The notes beneath the pieces were generated by a model, which was not told the DNA's origin, ran no database searches, and saw nothing but the letters and a program-made list of their open reading frames with translations. From positions 86,926,001-86,990,000 of the forward strand of contig NC_087436.1 in NCBI RefSeq assembly GCF_036321535.1: a stretch of 64,000 nucleotides of DNA, written 5' to 3'. Each line of letters starts with the position of its first letter. The first letter of the stretch is position 1. The position numbers were made by a program, and so were the translations under genes. Positions 1 to 12,690 of the stretch are shown piece after piece. This DNA comes from Camelus dromedarius. Taxonomy: Eukaryota.

Positions 1-18
1 CCTCCACTAGTCCATCTT

Positions 19-137
19 CTTTTATTTATGTATTTACTTACTTACTTGGTTACTTACAGAGGTACTGGGAATTGAACTCAGGACCTTGTGCATGCTAAGC
101 ACATGCTCTACCACTGAGCTATACTCCCCCCTGCCTT
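19..137 (-). mobile_element. tRNA-Ala-derived short SINE (camelid Vic-1 type) inserted into a MIR
   Basis: Reverse complement reads GGGGGGAGTATAGCTCAGTGGTAGAGCATGTGCTTAGCATGCACAAGGTCCTGAGTTCAATTCCCAGTACCTC plus an A-rich (TAAG/TAAA) tail. 9-bp TSD gtccatctt at 10-18 and 138-146. MIR core (catctttaaaatggg...ataatacctatctcat) continues after it. Confidence 0.85.
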
Positions 138-1209
138 GTCCATCTTTAAAATGGGAGTATAATAATACCTATCTCATTGGATTGCTGTATATAGCCCTTA
201 GCAGTACTCAGCTACTGTTGTTTGTTTTCTCTTCTGTTACCTTAAGCTCTTTGAGGGCAGCAACCATGTATTATTCACCTTTGCATTGCTGGCTCCCTTT
301 TTAAAATCGTGCTGCTGGATGAAGGAAGAGGTAAAGACTGGGTGGTGACATTTTCATGATGCTCTTCACTTTTCTCTATTCCTAGACTTGGTTCAAACGG
401 CAGAGACAACTCACCCTTTGGGCTCTAGAACTGATTCTGAGATTGTTATGTGATGAGGGAAATATTTGATAATGATTGCTATTTTCTATAAAATCTTGCT
501 TTATAAAACTCTGCTGTATGTCAGGACACTTTTTCTTCTATTCCTGATAAACCAAATGCCATAAACAATATGTCATCTTCCTGGAAGTAGATCTAGATAT
601 TCTTCTCCAAAGCCACTTTACTCGTCTAGGAATTGACGCTCTCAGTTTTCTTTCATTCATACATATTTGGAACTGAAACATTTTAACTTTATAAGGAAAG
701 TACATTTAACCTATGCATAGTTGAGATGAACTTACTTTGTTCTTACACTTCCTTCCTCTGAAGGAAACCTTACAGATTCGGTTATACTCACCTGACCCTC
801 AACTTTCACTGGTCCAACTATGTGAAGGTGGGTTATCAGACACCAGTGGGTTTCCCTGTATGAGAAGAGCATCAATAGAGTTGGTCTTTCTCTTTCTTAA
901 GTACTTGGTTCCATGCTCCTAGCATACCAATCAGCACTAATAGGGATTAATATTTGTTGTACACCATAATGTCTAGACATGGCATCAAAACCATCTTGTG
1001 GGATGACTTAGCTCACTGAACTCATAGTCTGAAGGATGCAGGAAGATTCTGGCCTTCTAGTAGGACAAAGCCCTACCCCAGCAAAACTCTATTCCAACCG
1101 CCTCGTCACTGGGGCACACAGAGCCCTTGTTCCCTGGCTCCCCAGGATGAGAGTTCTTCGACTGCTGGTACCACAGACGGGCCTGTGAAGATCCATTTGG
1201 ATTCTTCCC

Positions 1210-1400
1210 TAAAGTGGTTTCCAGGCACTATTCCACACACCAGCTAAATCAGAATCACCGGAGAGAGTTGTTCTATGTACAGCTGTGCGAGCCCTGCTTC
1301 AGACCTGCTCTATCGGAAAGCTGAGGGGTCAGGTCTGGGGGTCCGTAGGGAACTGGAGCAGTATGTTCTTTCAGGCATGGGAGGGGGCTTTCCCTTGAGA
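1210..1400. mobile_element. MER5-like hAT-Charlie DNA transposon relic
   Basis: atcagaatcacc...cagacctgct...atcggaaagctgagggg resembles the MER5A core; highly diverged. Confidence 0.45.
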
Positions 1401-2089
1401 CATCACCCCACTCGAGGTATCTGGGACCTCACTCTCTCTTCTGGGGCACTTAAACAAGGTCCCAGGTTATGGAGTGGGGTGGGAGTTGTCCACTCAGAGG
1501 TGATCAGTTGGCAGAGTCCCAGGTATCAACGAGCATCATTTCTTACATGCACTTGACTGGTGACTGGCTGGCCATGTCTGCCACTGCCCCTTACACAGCT
1601 ATTAAGTGAAGGTGCTAGAATTGAAACATAGGCCCATCTAGGGCCAAGGCCAGAGTTCTTCCTCTCTGCGCCATGTTGCCTACTAATCCCAGACTGAGCG
1701 GCCCCAGCCGCTCCTTCCCACCTATTTACTCTGTTTGTTCCTCATTGTTTATTGTGACACGGCTGTAACATTTGTTGGCTGAAGTTCTTGCCAGGACAGT
1801 GTTTGTGCTGGGACTCTTCCTTCCCTTTCGTGGTGAGTAAGCTGGAGCTTGTCAGCACGTGAGGGTTCAGAAGTCAGGGTACAGGATTTTTTTCTTTTTA
1901 GATTTTTGTTTTTAATTTGGCACCAAAGTAAGTGAGTCTTGTGAAATTATTCCTTAGGTGATCCCATTAGGTCCAAACCTGGTTTAAAGGGGTACTAGGA
2001 GATGATAATTGACAGTTGAAATGTTAAAAGCAAGGACACCGTTTGGAAAAGAAGACAAAAAAATGAGAGCGCTCTAGGTAGCTGCCTAT

Positions 2090-2560
2090 ATTAGCTCTCG
2101 TGATTAACGTCTGCTTTTTAAAAAATCAGATTGCAGATGCATCTCCAATCACTGCAGCAGTCGTGACCAATTAGCTGTGTTTATGTAATGTTAAACAGTA
2201 CACAGGCAGGGCTGGCTGGAATGTCACTTTCTTCCATGAAAGGAATCAAGATTACGTGCCTTTCTGCTTCTCTCCGTACCTCCTCTTTGCAGAGCAACAT
2301 TCTGATTGTGACCAGGTCACAGCACAGCGCTGAGTCAGCTCTGCCAGTAATTCAGAATCGGTTCTTTTGTGGACTTCACCCCCAAGGAATTGCCCCTGAC
2401 AGCCTTCTCCCAAGCCAGGCTGCCTCTTTCCCTTCACACCTCAGAAGCAAATTGGATTGCAGATTCGTAACCAGCAAGCCTCAGCCTTTCCGTGGCCCTA
2501 TTGTGTTCAGCCTGCTCAGTGTTTATGAAAACCTTCCGTTGGAAGCCAAACTGGAATAAA
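2090..2560. promoter_or_regulatory. Candidate enhancer (motif cluster)
   Basis: Repeat-free block with forkhead TGTTTAT (2178), TEAD GGAATG (2218), GAS TTCCATGAA (2232), HRE TACGTG (2253), palindrome TGTGACC-A-GGTCACA (2307-2321) and MARE/AP-1 GCTGAGTCAGC (2329-2339). Confidence 0.35.
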
Positions 2561-3469
2561 GAGGTTCACATAAATAGCTGGATTATTTGTAGTAGGAGTA
2601 GTATTTTTTTGGTTGTTCTTTGAAAAATGTAAAGAATGGCAGGAATGGAGTTGAGGCTGAGTCGTGGCTGCTGCTTAGACGGGCCGGTGCTCTCTGGCCA
2701 GGCCTAGCATCTGTCCCTTGCTTCCTTCTTGTGGCACCTATGGGTCCCCAGCCACAGGACAGTTTGTGACCTCTGCTTTCCCATCACTGCCGTGTTCTCC
2801 CTCCACCTCCCTGTCAGCGGTATGGAAGAGTGGAACAGGAGGCCCTCTTGAGCAATTTGGAAATCATTCACTTATCGTGGCATCACTTTTTTGTAAACAG
2901 GAACTTGAGGTGCACACATTTATGAGTGTTTTTAGAGGCCCAGAAATGAATCAAGCACATGCTGTGGCACGTAGTAGTCCCTTGGCAAACATCTGCTACG
3001 TGGTTGAATCTGTGACTAGAGGTCCAGGTGTTTGGGGACCCAGGGTTGTTTGCTTGGCTGGAAGAAGAGACGTCATGGGACAGCTTGGGAGTATTAATGG
3101 CACACTAAGTCCATACAGAGCTTGGAAGACAGCTAGCAGTTTTTCAGTTTCGATGAAATACAAGACTTTATTTTTATTTTGTGATGGGATACCTTGGCCA
3201 CTTTATACCAAAACCCTTCTGGAGACATTAACCTTTAGTGACCTTATAAAATGTCAATAAATTTTCTTTCTTCTCCTCCAAGCAAAAAGTCCTCTTGGGT
3301 TCAGTTGGCTCTGGCAATCTCTACCCTGATCCTATTTCTCCTAGTGCGGGAGAAACAGGGACTACATCCCTTGTCTCTGCTGCCTCTAGGTGCCCCAGAA
3401 GCCTTTGGTGTTAACCATAACTCGGGCTCTGCCCTACCAGGCCCAAAGCAAGTTATAAATGGCCCTATC

Positions 3470-3665
3470 ACAGTGGTTTAGGACTGGGGTTCCACAGATT
3501 TCCTGGATTGAAATCCTTATTCGTCATGTGGCCCTGCAAGTTAGGTATCATTTCTGTGTTTTAATTTTCTCATCTGCAAAATGGGTATCTTAGTAGCACC
3601 TACATCATAACATCGCTAGAACCACGCCTGGCACATTGTGAGTGCTCAGTAAATGCCAGCTGCTG
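3470..3665 (+). mobile_element. MIR SINE
   Basis: ttttctcatctgcaaaatggg core and cctggcacattgtgagtgctcagtaaatg 3' end. Confidence 0.75.
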
Positions 3666-4639
3666 CCTTGGTGATGGCAGTCACAGCAGAGGTCACATCT
3701 GTCTTAAATTATAAGAATGTAGCCACTAAGAACTTCTTTGTGATTTAGTTTTGTCTTAAATGCATTGAATATTTGGAAACTAGAAAATCCTTTTTTCACC
3801 AGATGGTAAAAGTATTGGTTACTTTTTCTCCCCTTAATATATGATCAAGTTTGATTCGATAAACAAGAACCGGCCCGCAACACGTACAAGGGGCCCACTG
3901 CTTTCCTGGTTGTGAAAGGCAGCTGAGGCCTGTGTGAGAGAAGGTAATTATGTTCCCATAGTAATTACCGTTCTGTAAAACCCAACGGTCGCTCACACCT
4001 GATTAGTGAGGGAAGACGACTCTGGTTTCTGTGTAATCTCCTTGTAGTAAAGGCCAGCTTTGGAATGTGGTGTGATGTCACTGGCCCCAGAGGTCTGGGT
4101 TTCATCTGTGTTATTGGAATACCTCAATTTATCTGCTTTCCACAGGGAATCCCAGCACTCTTTAGGGGTTTGGAAAATTCTGAAATGAAAGCATACTTCA
4201 GGGCAAAGACATGCCTGTCCCAAACACTGGCAATCCTCACAAGGCTAACAGTGTATGTTGACCTTAAGGAATGATTTTTTTTTTCCTTAGCTGTCAAACC
4301 ACAGGATTTTTAAACTGGCTTTATGACTCTCTCTTCCTCTAGTCCACCCCTCACTTGCTTTGGACAGAAACTCGGTTTCAGGGGCAGCACTGTAAAGTAA
4401 ATGTTCATTTGGGGCCTTTTCTTTCTCATTGCTTAAAGATTCCTTTCAGGTCTACAAGAGAAAGGAAATTCTATGAGTTATATTTAGTTCCCAAAGTGGC
4501 TTTTGAACACCAAGTGATATGGATACTACTGAAACACAAGCCCTCCATTAGGGGGAAAAGAAAAAGTGGATGCCTTACAGATTATAAGGGGAAATACACG
4601 TAGTATGGTGGGTGAAAGGGAGGGGAGGGAGGTGTGGAA

Positions 4640-4830
4640 GGAGGTCTTTTAGGGTCAGAATTGAAAGTCTCCCCACCAATTAGGCCTGTGACCTTGCCTA
4701 ATTCTTATCTGTTCGTTTCTCCCTCCATGAAGCCAGGAATCACAGGTACCACCCTGAAACAGTGCGGGAGGGTCTATGCTTGGCCTGCCCGTAGTAAGCA
4801 CTCAGTAGATAGTGTGTTGCCATGGTCACC
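4640..4830 (+). mobile_element. MIR SINE (diverged)
   Basis: ctgtgaccttg...gtttctcc...gtagtaagcactcagtagat. Confidence 0.55.
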
Positions 4831-5104
4831 GTTATTATTCTTGTGCCTTGCTCTAGACTGAATTCTACGTATTCAGTTATGAGATCTCACATCATCAGAA
4901 CATTTTCTAAGCACTTTTTTTCTGATAGAAATATTTGAGTTAGCTCTCTGTCATCATATTTTATTTCAAATTTTATTGATCACCAAACCTCTTGCTCTAA
5001 TCAGTAACTAATTACAGATAGAGAAATGCAGTCCTTGGTATGACTAATACTTTCTACTTTTAACTCCTGGGAGACTGTGATGGGCTCAAGCCGGTCTTTT
5101 CGTC

Positions 5105-5295
5105 AGTCATCACATGTTTACTGTGTGCCTACTATGTGCCAGGCAGGGGTGGGGTTTGAGGATACAGTGGTGAACGAGAGAAAGCCCCTGCCCTGAAAGA
5201 GTTTGTATTGTAGTGGCAACATTACTTCTTACTCATATTTGTGTCCCATTCGTACTGCAAAGTACCTGGCATACAGTCAGTGCTCAATAAATGTG
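5105..5295. mobile_element. L2 3' fragments (two orientations)
   Basis: tgtttactgtgtgcctactatgtgccaggc...gatacagtggtgaac...ccctgccct, then cctggcatacagtcagtgctcaataaatg. Confidence 0.65.
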
Positions 5296-6354
5296 GGGTT
5301 GTTTGGTAAATTGAGTGTGACTTACTAAAATGGAAGTCTAGGGTGCCCTTTCTGGACATTTTTCTTTAAGAAAAAAAAAAATCTGAGGTTTTCCATGAAA
5401 GGGCTCCTTGTCTTTATGTTTTATTTATCGACAATCTCCATCCATCTGGTTGGATGGAAAAATAGGTCTAGCTGATTACTGTCTTCTTGCTGTCTGAAGA
5501 AGCCCTTCACCGCAATCTCCTTTATAGATAATTACTAGTTCTGCTTGTATGTGTAAAGAAACGTGTCAAAGGGGAAATTAACAGAAATACAGACCAAAGT
5601 TAGTGGACTTGCTCTTAAATGTTACCAGATTTTGCAAAGCTTGTCAAGAGCTCTTTCTCTAGTGTGCACAAAACTCCTAGTTTGCCTGCACACCAACAGC
5701 CTCCCTTCTACACCTGCAAACCAAGAAGAAGAAGAGCAGGGCTAGGAGCGGAAGAGGTAGCAGGGGAAGGCCTGTTAGTGCTCGGGATTTGAGCTCAGTC
5801 TTGCCTCCCCAAAAGCACTGTCTCCGGGAACAAGGCTGCACACTGTTCTACGTGATTGATCATCTTGGGTGAGTCTTGCAGGAGTTCAGACTCTCTTCCT
5901 CAAAGCTTCTCTGGGGCCGGTGAGATAGATCAGAGGTGGTTAAGCTGAAGTGGGCTCTTGTGCTGGGCTCTCAGGCTGCGGCACACGGACTCAGGAGGCA
6001 CCAGTGTGACCTGGGATTCTCTCAAGGTTAAGCGGTTTGGGTTCCAGGGGAGGTTTTGAGTTACACCAAGTGTAGAAAATAAATCCTCCTCTCCTTGGTC
6101 TGTTTTTTAGAGTCTGTTAAGATAAGATGCAAAAATCTTGTCCAGGTGCAGTTAGAGTTAATACACCTTTGGTCTTCTTTCTCCAGTAGTGTTTTAAACT
6201 TTTATCTTACACAAAATCCAAGCCATCTATGACAAGATGGTGGCACCTAAAGGCTCTGTGGCTGCTTAAAAACCTGTTGGTGTTTCAAGGATATGTTACT
6301 ATCTGCCCTTCTCCTACCATATTCCTCAGAATCCAGAAATACTCTTCCGTCTCT

Positions 6355-7130
6355 GTTGTTAGTTGAGAAGTATGTGGCTCAGGATTCTTTCAGTTGTCAG
6401 AAGTGGAAGAAAACCCAACTGAATTAAGCCAAAAAGGGAGTTTATTGTTTCACATAAACTAACAGTCCAAGGCCATCCAGCCTCAGGCACAAACTCAAAC
6501 TGTGTTGTCAGGACTCCTTCACCCCTGCCAGTGTTCTTCTCCACAAGCCTAGTGATCCCAGGCTTATATCCTGTATAATTGTTAGTTGTTCATCAAATAC
6601 TTCCAGCTTTCCTCCTTTTGGGTACATGGTAGGATTATGCTACCCTGTCCCCTGAAGTTAGGTATGGTGATGTGATTTACTTTGACCAACACAATGTGAA
6701 AGCAAGAGGCATGTGTCACTTCTGGGCAGAAGCTTTAATGAGCCAGTGCATTATTCACTATGTCCCATTCTCCCTACCGTGGTGATCGTTGAAACATGCA
6801 TCAAGATGGGGTCTCCATCAGCGTAGGTCCCTGAGTGACTTCAGATCCACGATTGACATGTAGTGTGAGGGAGAACTTTTGTTACATTAAGTCTCTGAGC
6901 TTTTGACATTTTACCATAACATAATCTAGCCTATCCTGACTAATATATATCTTCTAGGTTTGTATACAAGGAAAAACAAAAGGTACTTCTATCCCAGTTT
7001 CTCAAATGAGAGTCCTATTTTTAGCTACAGTTAGATGATGTACCCATTTCTGAATCAATCCTGTGGCCTCGGAATTCAGTGCTCTGATTGGCCAGACCAA
7101 GGTCTCATCTTTATCCTTGAGCTGGAGGGG
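6355..7130 (-). mobile_element. Old MaLR LTR (MLT1K/L-like), interrupted by another MLT1 LTR
   Basis: caggattctttcagttgtcagaagtggaagaaaacccaact...tttattg and gctctgattggccagaccaaggtc motifs on either side of 6572-6947. Confidence 0.6.
6572..6947 (+). mobile_element. MaLR solo LTR (MLT1I/H-like)
   Basis: Starts with TG, ends ctagcctatcctgactaatata; internal atgtgtcacttctgggcagaagcttt; 5-bp TSD tatcc/tatct. Confidence 0.75.
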
Positions 7131-8603
7131 AAAATGGTAAAATTAGCCATGCTGCCTGATGCTCTTTTTCTGTTCCAGGATCATATCTTCTTAGGTTTCT
7201 CCTAGCTATGACAATTTCTCAGATTGTTGGTATTTTTGATGACCTAGATATTCTTAAGGGGTACAGCTCAGGTATTTTGTAGGATGTAGGAGATTTTTCT
7301 GATGTTTTTCGCAAGATTAGACTGGAGTTACGGATTTTTAAAATATTTCCTGCCCCTATACTAGAATCGGCTATTTTGTCAAGGAGCCCTGGTTCCTTTC
7401 ACTGGAGAATGGTATTAGAAATCAAGATCTGGTACTAAATATGCTCATCGCTGTTTGGATGTTACTGCTCTTCTAGACCCTCTCGGCTAACAAAGCAAGG
7501 GAATATGTGTATGTATATAAACCCATGTAAATATACACATTTATAAATATTTTTATTATGAAACCATCTGTATTCAGATTAAGCTAAACATTAGTTTATT
7601 ACTCATGTCTCCAACTCAAATCCATTACCATGTAGATCATTCTAGCTTCATCCCCTTGTTTGTCTGTGTACTTCCACAGCGGGTAGAAACCTGGTTTCCA
7701 CCATCCTCCATCCATTTATTTAACTGGCTAGATTCAGTTTACACACCCCTCCCCTCCACCAGAACACTACATAAGTGAAGTTGTAGATTTCTCAGGTTAT
7801 CATATCCAGAGCCATCCCTCTTCAACTGTGATGTTAATTTTGATCACCTGGTCAAGGCATTGTCTGATTTCTTCCTGTAATGTAGTTACTATATTCTCCC
7901 TTGTAACTAATAAGCAATTTATGGTCATTTACTTTGAGACCATATAAATATCTTGCTCCACATAAAACTTTTACCCATTGATTCTTGCTCAAACCAATCT
8001 TAGTGATGGTTACACAAAAGTGATTTTTAACTCCACCACCTCTCCACTTACCAGTTGACACTTTACTAGAAGGAAAAGCTCTCTTCTCCCCTAGATGTCT
8101 GTCTATGTATATATTTATCTATTTATTATCAGTATGGGTTCCTATTTAATTAAATGTATTATAATTTGCTAATTTTCGTGCCCAGGTGTCTCAGATCTGG
8201 CAAATGTTAGCCTCTTTAAGCTGGCTTCCATGTGCATTCGACATGCCTCATATTTGGGGGCATTTCCTTACTTTCCGGCACAGCAAGATGGTCCAGGCTC
8301 GTCTTATGCCTTTCTTGCTTCATCCCTAGAATCAGAATTCTTTCAGAATTCCCTGGTTTCTTTTAGTAAGGAGGGTATATAGAAACCAAGATACAGGCAC
8401 TAGGTGTACTCGTGGTTAGTGATGTGGCATTGCTTCCAGACCCTTTAGCAGACAATGTTAGGGAAAAAATAAATTTTATATGTATGTATATATAAAAACA
8501 TACATATACACAAATTCTTTAGAAGCATCTATTTTTTAGAAAATATGTTATATGTATAGTTATATCATTAGGTATATAGTTATATAATTATATATATATT
8601 TAC

Positions 8604-8643
8604 TGTGTGTGTATGTATGTATGTGTGTGTATATGTGTATATA

Positions 8644-8696
<53 letters not shown>
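8604..8696. repeat. Compound (TG)/(TA)/(CA) microsatellite
   Basis: Alternating purine-pyrimidine run; includes (TG)7(TA)12(CA)7 at 8644-8695. Confidence 0.95.
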
Positions 8697-8896
8697 CTGC
8701 CATTCTGCTTCAACCCCCAGGGTTCTTCCTTACCTTTGTCCCATTCCATATTTGCATTTCACTTTTTCACAATGAGAGCCCTGGCTCTCATCAATGTCAG
8801 CACGTTTACTCCATTTGCTTAATCCTTTGGTACACAAACAATAAGAAAAAAGTAGTTTCAGAATTGCTATATTCACAACACTGTGAAAAAGAAGGC

Positions 8897-9180
8897 TTTT
8901 TTAAAATTGCAGTATAGTCAGTTACAATATGTTAATTTCTGGTGTACAGCATAATGTCTCAGTCATGCATATTCATACATGTATTTGTTTTCATATTCTT
9001 TTTCTTAGATTGCTATGAGATACTGAATATAGTTCCCTGTGCTATACAGAAGAAATTTATTTTTTATCTATTTTATATATAGTAACTAGTACTTGCAAAT
9101 TTCGAACTCCTAATTTATCCCTTCCCACGCCGTTTCTCCCAGTAACCATAAGTTTGTTTAGTATGTCTGTGAATCTGTTT
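8897..9180 (-). mobile_element. Younger lineage-specific L1 3' end fragment nested in an old L1
   Basis: agtatagtcagttacaat...ggtgtacagc...atagttccctgtgctatacagaagaaa; clearly homologous to the copies starting near 42560 and 62110. Confidence 0.8.
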
Positions 9181-12100
9181 AAAAGAAGAGTACTTTAAAA
9201 ATCACTCAAGATTTACTTGAAGTTCTTTTTTTTTCCCCCTAGACTAAGGGTATTTATTAAAGCATTATATTCTAAAGTTACTTGGATCAATTCTTCCCTG
9301 ACCTGCCCTTGTGCCACAGCGTGGTTCTGTTATTCAGTTGAGATCATTTGTTTATTTCCGTTTGCATTCAGTTTTAGGGTTCTCGCCCAAGCTTATTGAT
9401 TTAATTGTATTTTTGAATATGTACATTAACATTCTTCTAAATTTAAAATTATACAAAAAGTTGTATTCAGAAATGTCACTCCTCCATCCCTTTCAACTTG
9501 TGTTCTTCCCACCTCATTCACTCCTTTGTAAGAAACCAATTTCACTGGTTTCTGATTTATTCTTCCTATGTTTCCTTTTGCAAAAATAAGCAGGGAAATT
9601 TATGGTTTCTTGTTTCCTCTCTTTTCTTACACAAAGGCAGCATACTATATGTACTGTTTTGTACTGTGCTTTTTTTTTTTTTTTAACAATATATCCTGGA
9701 AATTATCCGTATCAGTTCATAGAGAGCTTTCTTGTTCTTTATTACATTTGCCTAGTATTTCATTGTGTGGATGCACCATGCTTTATTTAAAACATCCTAT
9801 GGTTGGAAATTTAGGTAGTTTCTAATATTTTGTGATTATAAATGATAATGCAATGGATAATCCTATGTATATGTGTTGGAGATATGTGATCAGGATAAAT
9901 TGTGGTCATGGTATTGCTGAGTCAAGGATAAATTATTTAGTTTTGTTGGATATTACCAAATTCCTCACTGTGGGGGTTATAATCTTTTACCTTCTCACCA
10001 GCCATGTAGGAGAGGGCCTGTTTCTCTTTAGTCTCATAAAAGACTGTATTGTCAAGCTTTTGATTTTTTGACAATCTGATGGGTAAGATATTTCAATATT
10101 ATGCATTTCTCTTTTAAGTGAAGTTGAACATCTTGTCATCTTTTAGTATCATTTATATTTTATGGGAATTTTTTATTCATGTTCTTTGCATGTCTTTCTC
10201 TAGGATTTTTGTTATGGTTTTGATCAATTTTTTAAAGTTCTTTATAAATTAGTCCTTTATCTAGGACATATTTACAAATGTTTTCTTCTAATTTGTTGTC
10301 TTTTGGCTTTGCATACAGTGTTTTTTGCCAGGCATTTTTTTTTTTAGATAGTCAGTTATGTCAATCACTTTTTATCACATCTGGATTTTGAGTCATAGTT
10401 AGAAAGCCTTTTTTACTTTCAGGTTATAGAAGAATCATTTAGGAATTCACCAATTTTAAAAATTAATTACACAACTTTATTTGTAAAATATCTGATCAAT
10501 TTGGAGTTTGTGCTTATGGGTAGCATGAAGAATAGATCAAAATTTATCAGTTTTAAAATGGCTATGCCAATGTCGTATATTAAAAAGTCCATCTTCATCC
10601 CCACATTTTAGTATACACTTTATAATATACTAATTTCTATCTGTGATCAGTTCCTCTTCTGGACTTGCTGTTCTGTTTCACTGGTCAGTCTCTTCATGGT
10701 CCAAGACCACACTGTTTTAGTTTTAGAGACTTTGTAGTAGGTTTTAATATTTCTTTTAGCTATCCCTCCCACACAGCTCTTTTTTTACATTGTTTTCCTT
10801 AGATAATCTTGTGCAGTTATTTTTTCATATGAAATTCAATAATTAGTAAGGTCAATTTGTTTAGTTCCAGAAAAAAAAATGGCTCATTGGTATTTTTATT
10901 GGGGTTTCACAAAATTTATAAATTGACTTAGAGAGCACGGGTATTTTTTGATAATGTTGAGATGCCCTAATCAAGAACCGGATGTCTTTACATTTGTTCA
11001 GATCTACAATTGTACTCTAGAGGACTGTTTTAGAACAGTGTTTTTCATATGAGTTTTAACCTTCTCAAGCTTATTTAAGCTCTTTTTAAGTTTACCTTTT
11101 TCATTGTTACTGTAATAGAGTTTTCTCTACCATTGTATCTTTTAACTTCAACCAATGTTTTTCAAACTTCTATTTAAAAGCAATGCTTAACACTTTTTTT
11201 TTCATTTGAAACAAGTATCTCAGTACAGCCAGACTGTGTGCAATGCATCAAAGATAATGCTTCCATTAGTAACTTCCTCTGTGTCAGCAAATAGGTTTAA
11301 AACTTTACACATGTATTGTGGATGGGAATCCACTGGAACCTTCATCATTTGGAATTCAAAGATCAGCTGTTATTAAAAGGAAAATATCTTTCTGGAAGCT
11401 CTGTGAGTTGCTCTTTGGATTAGTGCAGCAGGAATATTGTAACCACTGTCAAAGAAAGGAACAGGGCCACAGATCACACCAGGTCTTATTGGAACATCAG
11501 CATTGGGATGTGCAGCTCTTCAAGCTGGGTTTCTGCACAACATGGGAGTGACTAGTGCAGCCCCATAAAGTCACTCATCCTGAGTTTCTGCAAGCCAGTC
11601 CTTTTTATAATGTATGAGGGGTGAAGTGTGTTAAGTATTTTACCATACAGAACGCATTGGGAGTTTCTCCCCTGTCCCTGGAGCTGCAGTGCTTCAGTGT
11701 AAGCTTTGTGTTTGACATTTCTCTGTCTCCAATGAGGCATTTGAAGTTTTGCCAGAAGTAGAGATCTGTCTTTTCTGTACTTAATCTCACAGCTGTGAGC
11801 TTGCGTGATTCATTCTGCAACACAGTTTGGGTTAGTGATGAGTATTTATGCTAAAAATCTGAGCATTTGCATAGTCATGAGATTTTAATGGAAACTTACA
11901 AACTGTTCTTTTACAAATCACTTCCAACATTGGTATACTTTATGCTCACTGGAAAAGATAGATACTAGGAAATACTGAAAAAAAAAAAAAAAAAAAGTCT
12001 GGGGGAAACTTTCAGGACCCAGAATAAGGCTGAAATAAAACCAGAAGTTCAGTTTCTACGGTCTCCTGATACTTGGTTTGGATGAGCTCATGTGTGACTC

Positions 12101-12489
12101 CACAGGGAACCTTGTGTGTTTGTTCATCTCCAGCTATTCATCCCTCATCCAAGTCTTATCCTCACAGGATATTTTGTCAGAATTCCTGTTAAAGCATCTT
12201 TTTAATAATAGGAATTTGTAATGTAGTCCTAATGACCTTTCAGCACCTAATTTAATGAAGGCAATTAAATTTTGCTAACTAGTCTGGGTAGAAAAATTGT
12301 TGTTATAACTAATTAAATAATCAGATTAGGAAACCACTTCTCTCTCTTTGCACATATACATGCATGCAAGTGCACAAATGTATTTGTTTATGTAATTTAG
12401 TCTTTCACAACTATGACGGTATTTCTGATTCTTAATAACCTCAGGGCCATCACTGGGAATGCTAAAATTTTTAGAATGTAGTAAATAAT

Positions 12490-12690
12490 AATAATGGATA
12501 ATATTTATTGTACACATCTGTGCCAGGCACTATCCCAAATGATGTGTTCATTCTTCATAGGAACCCTATGAAGTGGTTGCTATGATTATCCTGCATTGAA
12601 CAAATGTGGAGACTGGGGGAAGTTAAATAACTTGCTGAAGCTCAGTCAGGTAGTTAAGTGTTAGTAGTTTAATTCCTGGGCTCTTAACCA
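12490..12690 (-). mobile_element. MIR SINE
   Basis: atttattg...tgtgccaggcact...aaccctatgaag...gttaaataacttgc. Confidence 0.7.

Larger units (their letters stand above)
7160..11150 (-). mobile_element. Old L1 (L1MC-like) composite, antisense, 3'UTR through degenerate ORF2 region
   Basis: L1MC-type 3'UTR motifs (aaggagccctggttcctttcactggagaatggtattagaaatcaagatct; a second related copy near 8330-8470) and degenerate antisense ORF2-like sequence at about 9750-11150. Confidence 0.7.

Noticed and set aside
2718..3260. 180-aa ORF (longest in the track)
   Set aside because: Starts at TTG, has no recognisable domain and no convincing splice boundaries.
5835..5849. Glucocorticoid/androgen response element
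   Set aside because: Only the TGTTCT half-site matches; there is no second half-site at the correct spacing.
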